NCBI GenBank assembly: GCA_019695055.1
Contig: JAIBAT010000028.1
Location: 10,420 to 74,419, forward strand
Reading direction: 5' to 3'
Source: Candidatus Sumerlaeaceae bacterium
GTDB lineage: Bacteria > Sumerlaeota > Sumerlaeia > Sumerlaeales > Sumerlaeaceae
Length of the DNA stretch: 64,000 nucleotides
Shown here: in pieces, positions 47,455-56,918 of the stretch
Layout: every line of letters starts with the position of its first letter
Position numbering within the stretch: position 1 is the stretch's first letter
Made by a program: the position numbers and the translations under genes
The notes under the pieces: model-generated
Seen by the model: only the letters and a program-made list of their open reading frames with translations
The model's database searches: none
What the model was told of the DNA's origin: nothing

Positions 47455-48933
47455 CTACATCAAACCAAGGGTCAGGTCGGGGAACTCTTCGAAAATCTTG
47501 ACGACTTCCTTGAGCATGGCTGCGTCTTCATCCGAAAAGGGACGCACCCCGCCGCGACGATCAATGTAGACAATTCCCACGATCTCGTCGTTGACGCTGA
47601 TGGGGGCGGCTGCGGTCGCCTCGATTTTGTGCGCCACCATGCTTGCAGTTGGGTCTGCGGATGGCGACTGCAGATTCGTCACGACCTCGCGAATCTTGAT
47701 GCAGTGGCCCAGCACACTGGAGGAAATGGGAAAGCCCTGTCCCCCATCCTCGCCCCAAACGAGTTTCTTGCCGGCCTGGGCGTGGATCGTGAGGCCATGG
47801 CCCTGCACAACCTTGACCATCACGCAGGTCGCGGCGGCCTGGAACAGCTTGTTGATTTCCTCGAGTATGGCTTCGCTGTTGCGAACGCATCGGGACGGGT
47901 TGGCCTTGACGAGGGCCTTGTACATTCGCGCCAGAGCTTCGGCAAGTTCCCTTGCCCGAACGAGCTTTTCGTCACTGCCCGCCGGGGCGGATGCGGCCGG
48001 TTTCGCGGCTGGACGTGGCGGAGCCGGTGCGGGACGAGGAGCAGCGGTGGGGGCCGGAGCCACCTGGGGGCCGCGGGGTTTGTAGGGGTGAAAATCCACG
48101 CCGTCCACTGAGGAGGCCACGCTTCCTTCAGGCGCCTTGGGGCGCGGCGGTGGGGGCGGCTGAACCGATTGCAGGCCACTGGGTGGAGTATTGCCGAAAT
48201 CCGGGGACGGAATTTTATCGTCCATTCGTAGTGGCCCTTTGGAGCTCTTGCTGTCCAGCCCCGAAGATCCGCCATGCATCAGCTTATCGGTGGGTGAAAC
48301 TTCGCTGCCGTGGCCAATGGGCTGATAGAATTGCGCGTAGGCTTCGTTGAACGCTTCTCGTGCCTGCTCAACAACGTCCCGAGGAACTTTCGTGGCAATG
48401 GCTTCCACGATCTTTGGCATCCAGTGCAGGAGGCGATTGCCTTCCTTGTTCAGCTTGATGCGAGTCGTACCGATGACCTCCTGCACGCGTTCGGAGAACA
48501 AGGTCGTAATGGCGCGAATCAGAGCGCTGAAAGGGTAAATGCGGCCTTCCAAGTCGGGTGCCAATTCGTTCTCGCTGTCGTCGATCATGCGGAAGCCGGC
48601 GGTCTTCAGTGCCCGCCCGACGGCCCGTGTCATTTCCTCCGGAGGGATGATTTCGACTTCGGCGAGGCCCGTGTGACCACGGTCCAACTTCAGGCGCTCC
48701 ACCGTGAAGCCGTTGCGGTCAAAGAATTGACGGATGACCGAGTCCTCGGAGCTGGCGAGAGTGTCCACGGTGCCAAAAACCATCATGGTCATTTCGCCCA
48801 TGTCCTCGAGCTCGGCGAAGAACAGGCCGTCCTCGACCACGAACTTGCCTTCCGCCTCGGCGTTTTTCAGATCGGCCTGCAGATCCTTGATCTTGCGCCG
48901 CATCTTCCAGCTTTTCTTGTCAAACCATCCCAT
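47455..48933 (-). CDS. Hypothetical protein with Pro-rich linker and C-terminal GAF domain
   Basis: C-terminal ~150 aa has GAF-like pattern (…NSEAILEEINKLFQAAATCVMVKVV…IVGIVYIDRRGG…). Confidence 0.45.
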   Translation of the reverse strand: MGWFDKKSWKMRRKIKDLQADLKNAEAEGKFVVEDGLFFAELEDMGEMTMMVFGTVDTLASSEDSVIRQFFDRNGFTVERLKLDRGHTGLAEVEIIPPEEMTRAVGRALKTAGFRMIDDSENELAPDLEGRIYPFSALIRAITTLFSERVQEVIGTTRIKLNKEGNRLLHWMPKIVEAIATKVPRDVVEQAREAFNEAYAQFYQPIGHGSEVSPTDKLMHGGSSGLDSKSSKGPLRMDDKIPSPDFGNTPPSGLQSVQPPPPPRPKAPEGSVASSVDGVDFHPYKPRGPQVAPAPTAAPRPAPAPPRPAAKPAASAPAGSDEKLVRARELAEALARMYKALVKANPSRCVRNSEAILEEINKLFQAAATCVMVKVVQGHGLTIHAQAGKKLVWGEDGGQGFPISSSVLGHCIKIREVVTNLQSPSADPTASMVAHKIEATAAAPISVNDEIVGIVYIDRRGGVRPFSDEDAAMLKEVVKIFEEFPDLTLGLM

Positions 48934-49024
48934 AAGTCACCGTGCCTGAGTCCCACGCATAATTTACATCCCAAAATGGAGAAAACCGGGCGAATTCACC
49001 CACTACGAAATTGAAACTTCAAGC

Positions 49025-50797
49025 CTACTGAACAAGTGATTGAACAACGGCAACGAGGAGGTCGATATTGGAATTCCTCACCTCGTAACTGCGCTTTGCG
49101 TTGGTAAGGACAATGGTGCCGTCCTTGAGGCGCTTGCCGACGGAAAGCCCGGCCAGAACCTCGCCCTTATCGTTCTGAATGTCGAGGGTCATGGAGGGGG
49201 CCTCGGAGGCGGCAATGACAGTCTGGCCTTCGGCGCTGAAATCACGCTCATACTCGAGGGCGTTGATCATGGCCATCAGGCGGTCGGCCTTGGCCGTGTC
49301 CGTCGGTGCAAACACGGTTTGGCCAGGCTTGAGAATGGTCCAGGCGCCCTTTTCGCGCTTAAGTTCATACTTTTTATCGCCGAGCTGGATGGCCAACTTC
49401 GCCACTTGCTGAAGGGGGGTCCACAGGAACTTGCGGTCTGCGACCTGGTTGGGAACGATGTAGAGTTCGGGAGAAATATCCATCGTAAAGACGCCCGGGT
49501 CTGCAAGGCGCCGCGCGTAAACACTGCTGGGGCTGCCCGGTTCGCTGCGGCCAACCTCCAGGCCCTCCGTTCGCTGCTTCGCCGTGTCTGTCAGGGTGAA
49601 CTTTAATTTTGGAGGCAGCAGGTCGTAAACGGTGGCATCGCGCGGAGAAACGTCCACATATTGCTTTGCCTTCAGCCGCAGGAGCGTTTCGAGGCGGTTA
49701 TTGACCTGCTCCTGGTCCACCTTGCGCCCCGGGTCGCCGACAAACTCCCACAATCCCTGCGCGTTGCGCGAAAGGTCTGTGTGGCTGCGCAGAATCTCGA
49801 TGCTGAAAACACCGATGTCCTGCGGACGGAGCGTGAAAAGCACCTTCGAGCGGAAGTTGTTTTCGTCCTGGTTCAGGGCTTCCAGTGTCTCGCGGCGAAT
49901 GACCATGACCTCGTCATTGGCTTCGCGCTGTGCAAGAAGGATGGGTGCGTCCGGTTCGCCGGCCTGTGCCACGATGAGACGCGTGACCCTGTTCTGCGAG
50001 CGGGTAAGGGTAATCTGAAGGGTCGGGCTCGTGAGAGCCTGCAAGGCCGTCGTCAGGTTTACCGGCTTATCCGTTTGTTGCCCGATGAAACCCGCGGCCT
50101 TGAGCAGTCCGGCCTTGCGCAGGTAGTCCACCACGGTGGCGGCATCGGCGGGTGAAGTAATCGGGCTGGTAATGCGCCAAGCCCCCTTGTCCTGCTGCAA
50201 CCGGACTTCACCTTCGGCACTCTTAATGGAAACTGATTCATAGGATTCGAGATCCCCCGTATCCACTTCCAAGACACGCGCACGTCGGAAATCTGACGGG
50301 TGGCGCATCAGGACACTGCGCACCTGTTCGCCGACGGTGAAAACCTTCTGGTCTCCGGGATACTTCGCGAAAACCTGCCCGGTGTAAGTGGATTCGTTCC
50401 CAATAAGAAGGTCGAAGGTGCGACCAGACTCGGTCTTGATCTGAACGGTAATCTCTGGCGCCGCGAGTCCGTATTCGGCAAGGTTCTTCACATCAAGGTC
50501 ATTGCGGCGGCGCGCGGCCGTTACGTTGATGAGCAACTGGTCTACGACTTCGGAATCCGCGGGGGCCTGTGAGGGCTTAACCGTGCGCCATTGGCCAGAC
50601 TCCTTCTTTAGCGTCACGTCACCCTGCGCGTTGTGCAGGTTGATCTCAATGACTTCACTCTGGTTGATACCGGGCGCGAGTGATTGTTCGTTGATCGCCT
50701 GGACGATCTTGGTGTCCGCGATTTTCTGGTCGAGATAGTAGAGCATCACGCTCAGCACAAATATCGCGGCTGCAAACAGGGTTCGGCGGGTACTCAT
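49025..50797 (-). CDS. DUF4340-domain protein (fourth gene of GldA/F/G-type ABC cluster)
   Basis: 590 aa, N-terminal TM anchor; position and size typical for the DUF4340 partner of GldG. Confidence 0.55.
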   Translation of the reverse strand: MSTRRTLFAAAIFVLSVMLYYLDQKIADTKIVQAINEQSLAPGINQSEVIEINLHNAQGDVTLKKESGQWRTVKPSQAPADSEVVDQLLINVTAARRRNDLDVKNLAEYGLAAPEITVQIKTESGRTFDLLIGNESTYTGQVFAKYPGDQKVFTVGEQVRSVLMRHPSDFRRARVLEVDTGDLESYESVSIKSAEGEVRLQQDKGAWRITSPITSPADAATVVDYLRKAGLLKAAGFIGQQTDKPVNLTTALQALTSPTLQITLTRSQNRVTRLIVAQAGEPDAPILLAQREANDEVMVIRRETLEALNQDENNFRSKVLFTLRPQDIGVFSIEILRSHTDLSRNAQGLWEFVGDPGRKVDQEQVNNRLETLLRLKAKQYVDVSPRDATVYDLLPPKLKFTLTDTAKQRTEGLEVGRSEPGSPSSVYARRLADPGVFTMDISPELYIVPNQVADRKFLWTPLQQVAKLAIQLGDKKYELKREKGAWTILKPGQTVFAPTDTAKADRLMAMINALEYERDFSAEGQTVIAASEAPSMTLDIQNDKGEVLAGLSVGKRLKDGTIVLTNAKRSYEVRNSNIDLLVAVVQSLVQ

Positions 50798-52455
50798 CAG
50801 GCAAGCTCCCGCTTCGAAATGCTGTACCCGAGCCCAAAAATGGTGATGAGAGTCGGGACAATGATAACCGTAAGCAGAAAGAGGAACTGCTTCTGTCCGT
50901 CGGAAAGGATGACCGGCGTGTTTTCAATCCGGGCGGTTGGGATGGCAATGAGGTCGCCGGAGGAGGTCATCCAGTTCACAGTATTCAGGAATAGCAGCCA
51001 TCCCTTTTGGCTGATCAATCCGGTGGAAACGAAGTTTCCGTTTCCGATGACCACCAGTTTCGTGGCTCTTTCCTCGGGTGTCCCGGGAGGCAAGATCGTG
51101 ACCGAGGCGCCCAGTGGTTGCGCGCCGGCATTTTTGGGGTCTGTGTTCACGGTCAGCCTTTCGCGTTTGGCAACCGCAGCGGCGAGATCGTCGAGTCCGA
51201 CCCGGCGGCCGTCCGCAGGTGACTCCATAAAAACGTCCACGATCGCATTGGGTGGCGGCACCTTGGACGGCGCCACGATGCGAGCCGGATTCAGGAAGAA
51301 TGCCTCGTCACTGGAAAACTGCGTAATGGGACTCTTGCGAAATTGTACCGGCACACTAAACATGTCCTGGTTCGCCGTGTTGCCCTGCGGAGCAACAGCG
51401 GCGATCTCCCGCGGCAACTCGAAACCATACTGCTCCACAAGCTCCGTCAATGAACGAAGCGGCAAACGGGAATCACGCGCAGCTTGCGAGGTGTCCGGGT
51501 TGAGCAGGAAAATCCCGCGCCCCCCGGCATCCAGATACTCCTGGAGCGCCGTGCGTTCGGAACTGGTAATATCGGTTTTGGGCGCCACCATGACAACGGC
51601 GCTGGCATCGCTGGGCACCTTGCCGCGCTGGGCGAGCGAAAGCGGCACCACCTTGATGTAACTCGCTTCAAGCTGCTCCTTGAGCCAGACCAGCTCGTCC
51701 ATGCGCACCCGCCTGTTGCCGAGAGTGGCAGCGGCTCGGTCCGACTCGATGCTCATTTCGCCGTGGCCTGTCAGGAAGTAGAGAACGACATCACGCCCGC
51801 GCAGGAGCTGGATGATCCCATTGGTCAATTCTTCCTCGCGAAGGCGGGTCAGCTTCACGGTGCGCAGCACTGTTTGCGTATCCGTGGTCAACGACTCCAC
51901 AAAGACATCGCCCGGCGATACATTCAGCCCATAACGCCGCGCCACGGCAACATCGCGGAACGGATTGTAAACCTCATAGGTGAAGCCATGATTGTAGCGC
52001 TGGTACTCGCCAAGAAGCTGGGTCGCATCGTCTTTGCCGGCTTCGGTGAGAAAGGCGGTGACACGCACCGGCTGGTTCAAGCGCTGGAGAAAAGCCCGCG
52101 TGACCTCGGAAATGCTATAGAGGCGCGAACGCGTGGAATCGTAAGACGCCGGATGGCGCCGCAGCACCAGAAACAGCATGACAAGCGTCAGGATCACGAA
52201 AACCGAATACAACGTCATGTTGACGTAGAGCCGCAGATTGCGCGTGACCCGGGGCAGGAACAGCGCAGAGCCAAGCAGAATGCCCAGTACGCAGAGGGCG
52301 CTGCTCAGACGGCTGAAGGCGCCGTAATACCCGGTCAGGACAAGTCCTGTGAAAAACAGGACCATGCCGACAAAGGCAACGGCCTTGATTCGCGAGTTGG
52401 CGACCATGGGTGCGGTGGAGATTCCTGTTGGGTTGGCCATGGTCAGATCTTCCAC
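50797..52455 (-). CDS. GldG-like ABC-transporter auxiliary protein (ABC_transp_aux domain)
   Basis: 552 aa, N- and C-terminal TM helices flanking a large periplasmic domain (…VRVTAFLTEAGKDDATQLLGEYQRYNHGFTYEVYNPFRD…). Confidence 0.7.
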   Translation of the reverse strand: MEDLTMANPTGISTAPMVANSRIKAVAFVGMVLFFTGLVLTGYYGAFSRLSSALCVLGILLGSALFLPRVTRNLRLYVNMTLYSVFVILTLVMLFLVLRRHPASYDSTRSRLYSISEVTRAFLQRLNQPVRVTAFLTEAGKDDATQLLGEYQRYNHGFTYEVYNPFRDVAVARRYGLNVSPGDVFVESLTTDTQTVLRTVKLTRLREEELTNGIIQLLRGRDVVLYFLTGHGEMSIESDRAAATLGNRRVRMDELVWLKEQLEASYIKVVPLSLAQRGKVPSDASAVVMVAPKTDITSSERTALQEYLDAGGRGIFLLNPDTSQAARDSRLPLRSLTELVEQYGFELPREIAAVAPQGNTANQDMFSVPVQFRKSPITQFSSDEAFFLNPARIVAPSKVPPPNAIVDVFMESPADGRRVGLDDLAAAVAKRERLTVNTDPKNAGAQPLGASVTILPPGTPEERATKLVVIGNGNFVSTGLISQKGWLLFLNTVNWMTSSGDLIAIPTARIENTPVILSDGQKQFLFLLTVIIVPTLITIFGLGYSISKRELA

Positions 52456-53219
52456 CTGCGAATTTCAAGGGAGCGACACGTGAGGAACAGGAAGGCACCC
52501 ACCATCATCAAAAAGTACGCGATGTCCTCCAGCCGCAGCAATCCGTGGGTGAACTGCTCGCTGTGGTAACGCAGGGACAGGTGCTCCACAATTTTCCCGA
52601 CTCCAGTCGCCGTGCCGGGAATCACATCGCTCATGAGGTAGAAGACAAGAAGGAGCACAAAACCCAGGATCGCGGCCACAATCTGGCTTTCGGTCAATGA
52701 GGATGCAAAAAGCCCGATGGCCACATAAGCCGCAGCCACCACCAACCCTCCCACAAACGCCACCGCCATCACGGGCAACTCGGGTGTGCCAAAGCGAATC
52801 ATGATAAACGCATAGTATGCGCTGCCCGCCTGCATCAACGCGACCAGCGTGTAGGCGGCAAGAAACTTGCCAAGGACGATGTTCCAATCAGTGAACGGCA
52901 GGGAAGTCAGAACTTCGTAGGTTCCGGTGCGCTTCTCCTCCGCAATAAGGCGCATGGTGAGAATTGGCACCACGAACATCAGAAAAAAGTTTGTGCTCCA
53001 GAAAACCTGCGAGACGACATGGCGCGTGAAGTTGATTTCCTCGAAACCCATCTCCTTGCGGTACTCGGCATTGCCCGACATCTCGGAGAAACTGAGCAGG
53101 ATGCCGCAGAAGACCAGACCCGTGAGAAAAAAGAAAATCGCGACGGCCACGTAAAACGCCGGGCTGGTGAGATAGCTTTTCAGCTCACGGCGGTAAATGG
53201 GCAGGAATCTAGCTCCCAT
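52443..53219 (-). CDS. ABC-2 family transporter permease (GldF-like)
   Basis: MGARFLPIYRRELKSYLTSPAFYVAVAIFFFLTGLVF…; 6 TM. Confidence 0.75.
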   Translation of the reverse strand: MGARFLPIYRRELKSYLTSPAFYVAVAIFFFLTGLVFCGILLSFSEMSGNAEYRKEMGFEEINFTRHVVSQVFWSTNFFLMFVVPILTMRLIAEEKRTGTYEVLTSLPFTDWNIVLGKFLAAYTLVALMQAGSAYYAFIMIRFGTPELPVMAVAFVGGLVVAAAYVAIGLFASSLTESQIVAAILGFVLLLVFYLMSDVIPGTATGVGKIVEHLSLRYHSEQFTHGLLRLEDIAYFLMMVGAFLFLTCRSLEIRRWKI

Positions 53220-54255
53220 TGCTGCTGGCCTCCCCCGTTGTGGAAGTGGATGCAGCGGGTGCCTCCGCGGTGCCGTTTTCTGCGGGAATTCCGTCGCTGG
53301 AGATCACCTGGAGGAAAATGTCTTCAAGGGTCAGCCCGACGGTGCGCATCTCGATAAGCTGCCAACCGTGCCTGACCACTGTCTCGGCCAGGCCGGGTTG
53401 GAGTTCGGGTGCCATATTCAGCGAATGTACCTTGTAGTTGCAGACCTTGGCCGTGTCGTGATCCTCGTCCTGGACGTCGCCATGGTGCACGACTCGCTCG
53501 ACACGGGACACCCCTGCAACAGCCCCGAGAGCCTTTTCCACGGCTCGCGTGGGACCGGCGATGATCAACTCGATTTCGGACCCGCGGCGCATCTGGGTGG
53601 TCAGCTTTTCGGGCGTGCCACTGGCTGCAATCTGGCCGCGATTGATGATGACGGCACGGGTGCAGGTCATTTGGACCTCGGGCAAGATGTGAGTGCTGAG
53701 GATCACCGTGCGCCGGCCAGCCATGTTCTTAATGAGATTGCGAACCTCGGCAATTTGCTTTGGATCGAGGCCTACGGTTGGTTCGTCCAGAATCAGTACT
53801 TTTGGGTCCCCGATGATGGCTTGGGCCAGTCCGACGCGTTGGCGGTACCCTTTGGAAAGGTGCCCGATCATACGCTTGCGAACATCGCCAAGATTGGTTT
53901 CCTCAATCGCCTCATCCACAAAGCGCTTTCGGTCCGCCTTGCCGTAGCCCTTGGCATGCGCCACGAAATCCAGCGCGGAGGTGACATCCATCTCGCGGTA
54001 GAGGGGCACACCTTCAGGCATGTAACCAATAACTCGGCGCACCTCGTGCGGATCCTCGACCACATCGAACCCGGCCACGGTGGCCCGGCCCGACGTCGGC
54101 GGGAAAAAGCACGTAAGGATCCGCATGGTGGTTGTCTTGCCAGCCCCGTTGGGCCCGAGAAAGCCGAGGATCTCGCCCTCGAAAACCTCAAACGTGAGCC
54201 CACGGATGGCACGAACCTCCCCAAACTCCTTGGTCAGGTTCTCGATCTTAATCAT
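53209..54255 (-). CDS. ABC transporter ATP-binding protein (GldA-like)
   Basis: Walker A GFLGPNGAGKTT, signature LSKGYRQRVGLAQAI, Walker B LILDEPTVGLD. Confidence 0.9.
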   Translation of the reverse strand: MIKIENLTKEFGEVRAIRGLTFEVFEGEILGFLGPNGAGKTTTMRILTCFFPPTSGRATVAGFDVVEDPHEVRRVIGYMPEGVPLYREMDVTSALDFVAHAKGYGKADRKRFVDEAIEETNLGDVRKRMIGHLSKGYRQRVGLAQAIIGDPKVLILDEPTVGLDPKQIAEVRNLIKNMAGRRTVILSTHILPEVQMTCTRAVIINRGQIAASGTPEKLTTQMRRGSEIELIIAGPTRAVEKALGAVAGVSRVERVVHHGDVQDEDHDTAKVCNYKVHSLNMAPELQPGLAETVVRHGWQLIEMRTVGLTLEDIFLQVISSDGIPAENGTAEAPAASTSTTGEASSNGS

Positions 54256-55002
54256 GAAGGCTTAAGACATTGGGCGTGGCAAAGGAGTTGCAAGGGAAAC
54301 CGACAATTGCGTTTTGCCCTCCAGGACGCACGCCTTAGGCCAAAATCCGCCTTGCCAACAGGCACGCAAACAGTTAGGCAATTCCTGTTTGGAATCCAAT
54401 TTCGACACGTGGAATCTCCCCCTCGTGCCATGACCGGAGAACAAGTTATGTGCGTCGAACGTGCGAGAGCCCTTCTGCAGGGCATTCTCTTGTTGGTATT
54501 CGCGGCCATCACCTATTGGGTCAATGCCCATGTGGGTCTTGGCCTTATCGTCTTCATGGGCATTATGAAAATTCAAGAAAGCCAGACGAACTGGTGCCCC
54601 TCGGACGCGCTTTTCAAATCGCTTGGGTTGCAGAAAAAGGGCTGACAGCATAGCGGAGGTGTTGCGTCGGGGGATTCCGGATTCTGAGTTGTTCCCGATA
54701 ACTTCAGCATTCCAAACTGTGTCTTGTCCCTGTCACCATGTTATTATTGAGTCTCACCGGCCTCGTGGACAGGAATGGATCACAGACCTTGGACTCCCAG
54801 AATTGCTGTGTCCTTGTTCCTCACGGCCGGTGGACGCCACAGATTAATGATGTTAGGTTGACGTTTGTCTTTGACCCGAAACCGGCCCGCATTTCACACC
54901 AAATCTCAGCAACAAAAAAGCCCTTGCACCTCCCCCCTTCCAATCATCGCTTCGTAGTCACTGCCTTGAAGCAGTACAATCTGTAAAATTGGGGGAATTG
55001 AC

Positions 55003-55608
55003 GTGAAACCGCAGTTGTTGAAGGCTTTTACGCTTATCGAGTTGCTGATGGTTGTGGCAATTATTGCCATACTGGCTGCAATTGCGATACCAAACATGCT
55101 GGAGGCCCAAACCCGGGCCAAGGTGAGCCGAATCAAGACTGACCTGCGAACACTGGCAACAGCCATTGAGGCGTACTCGGTGGATTACAATCATCCGATG
55201 TACGACGGGGAGCCAAACAGCGCCCACTTTGGGTGGATAAATGTGTATTCTCAAGCGACGACTCCCGTGGCGTACTTGACGGCCATCCCACTCGACCCAT
55301 TCCAGGATGAATCCATGCGGCTGGCGGTACCGCCTCCTGGGCAGTCATTCTTCATCGATCCGCCAAACAACACGAAACACAGCTATGATTATGGAACTGC
55401 TCGCTGGCACGGCGTCGGCACTGACGCGGTGTATACCAAGTTGTGGGCCGACAATTTGGGCACCAGCGCCTGGAAGGTGGGCAGTTGCGGCCCGGACCGC
55501 CGGTTCGTCCTCACCTCTGGTTTCTTCGGCTTCGCACCGCGCTACGACCCAACAAATGGGACCGTGTCAGAGGGGGATATCTACCGCTCGGCGGCGGTGG
55601 TGCAGTAA
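55003..55608 (+). CDS. Prepilin-type N-terminal cleavage/methylation domain protein (pseudopilin-like paralog 2)
   Basis: KAFTLIELLMVVAIIAILAAIAIPNMLEAQTRAKVSRIKTDLRTLATAIEAY…; C-terminal YDPTNGTVSEGDIY. Confidence 0.75.
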   Translation: MKPQLLKAFTLIELLMVVAIIAILAAIAIPNMLEAQTRAKVSRIKTDLRTLATAIEAYSVDYNHPMYDGEPNSAHFGWINVYSQATTPVAYLTAIPLDPFQDESMRLAVPPPGQSFFIDPPNNTKHSYDYGTARWHGVGTDAVYTKLWADNLGTSAWKVGSCGPDRRFVLTSGFFGFAPRYDPTNGTVSEGDIYRSAAVVQ

Positions 55609-55647
55609 AAAAAAAGCAGCGCCGGGAAACCGCCACCCGCCCCCGGG

Positions 55648-56085
55648 CTAATGGATAAAACTGCCGCAGTTTGGACACATGCGCTTGCCCTTCGTGGGGG
55701 CTCCGCACATGGGACATAACGGGCTCAGTGGCGCGCCGGTACCTGTGGCCGACGGGTCCGAACGTCCGCCAGTGGCGTCGGACTTCGTGATATGCTTGCG
55801 CAAAACCTTTTGGATTTCCGTGTCGCGCTTGCGCGTGCGCAGGAACTGGTCTTTGCGCTTCAGGATAATTCCGCCGGTTTCGTCAGCCGCGGGGGACTCG
55901 CCCGCAGGCAACTTGGTGGTTGTCTGGAGACGGTGCTCCACAAGGTAGAGCGTGAGCTCGACAATATACTCGACAAACTCCTCCTCATCGCGAAACAGGT
56001 TTACGTTTCGCTTGAGGATCTCGATGATCTCCTCCTTGGTGAACTTCTGCTGGCCTTTTTTCAGGGTCATGTCACGGAAGTCCAA
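55648..56085 (-). CDS. Hypothetical protein with C-terminal zinc-ribbon (CPMCG…CPNCG)
   Basis: 145 aa; charged helical N-terminal half; C-terminal C-x2-C-x11-C-x2-C; 7 bp downstream of hisB. Confidence 0.4.
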   Translation of the reverse strand: MDFRDMTLKKGQQKFTKEEIIEILKRNVNLFRDEEEFVEYIVELTLYLVEHRLQTTTKLPAGESPAADETGGIILKRKDQFLRTRKRDTEIQKVLRKHITKSDATGGRSDPSATGTGAPLSPLCPMCGAPTKGKRMCPNCGSFIH

Positions 56086-56091
56086 CGGGCG

Positions 56092-56670
56092 CTACAGCGC
56101 CCCCTTGGTGGAAAGCACGCCACGCACGCGGGCGTTGCGGCTGGAGGCCTGGCGCAGGGCCCGGCCCACGGACTTGAACATCGCCTCGAGGATATGGTGC
56201 AGGTTGCTGCCATAAAACACCTTGAGGTGCATGGTGATGCCGGCGTTGAACGCAAACGCGCGGAAAAACTCCTCGGCAAGTTCCGTGTCAAAGGTGCCGA
56301 CCTTGGCCTTGGCCACATCGGCATCGAACCGCAGGAAGGGACGGTTGCAGATGTCGAGCACGCACGTCGCCAGGGTTTCCTCCATGGGGACGGACGCCTC
56401 TCCATAGCGCTCGATTCCCGCCTTGTCGCCGAGGGCCTGCTTGAGCGCCTGGCCGAGTACGATTCCGGCGTCTTCCACCGTGTGGTGCGCGTCAATCTCA
56501 AGGTCGCCTTTGCCTGTAAGCGCAATGTCGAACAGGGCATGCTTCGTGAGCAGGTTCATCATGTGCTCGAAGAAGGGAATGCCGAGGTTGCAGGAGAACT
56601 CGCCCACGCCGTCCACATTGAGGCGCACAGCAATCTGGGTTTCCTTCGTCCTGCGTTCCACCTTCGCCAT
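56092..56670 (-). CDS. hisB: Imidazoleglycerol-phosphate dehydratase
   Basis: MAKVERRTKETQIAVRLNVDG…DAHHTVEDAGIVLGQAL…HHILEAMFKSVGRALR (IGPD Mn-binding motifs); start set at MAKVERR. ORF-track start 56787 is probably too far upstream. Confidence 0.9.
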   Translation of the reverse strand: MAKVERRTKETQIAVRLNVDGVGEFSCNLGIPFFEHMMNLLTKHALFDIALTGKGDLEIDAHHTVEDAGIVLGQALKQALGDKAGIERYGEASVPMEETLATCVLDICNRPFLRFDADVAKAKVGTFDTELAEEFFRAFAFNAGITMHLKVFYGSNLHHILEAMFKSVGRALRQASSRNARVRGVLSTKGAL

Positions 56671-56918
56671 GCGACCTTTGGCCGCTGGTTTAGTTTTCGT
56701 CGTCTTTGTCACCATTGTCGTCCTGAGGTTCCGTTTCACCGGGTGACACTCCGAAAAGGATTTCTTCCACGGCATCATCCATGCCACTTCCGCCGGACAG
56801 CGCGGAGGCGTCGGCCGTTTCGCGAAAGATTCCTTTTCGCAACTCCGCCTTTTTCATTTCGAAGTCACCCGTGTTGCTTGTTCCAATTTACGAAGCACAA
56901 GGCGAGAAGAAAATTCGT

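Noticed and set aside
54430-54645. 71-aa plus-strand ORF (MTGEQVMCVERARALLQGILLLVFAAITYWVNAHVGLGLIVFMGIMKIQ…) divergent from the ABC ATPase gene
   Set aside because: It lies within the long antisense frame. It has one hydrophobic segment but no RBS or conservation evidence. It may be a real small membrane protein, but this cannot be supported from sequence alone.
55609-55650. Bidirectional terminator between the pseudopilin paralog and the Zn-ribbon gene (A9 / T9 run with GC-rich imperfect stem)
   Set aside because: The stem is only about 5 bp perfect (CCGGG…CCCGG) with a 17-nt loop. It is plausible but too weak to list as a feature.
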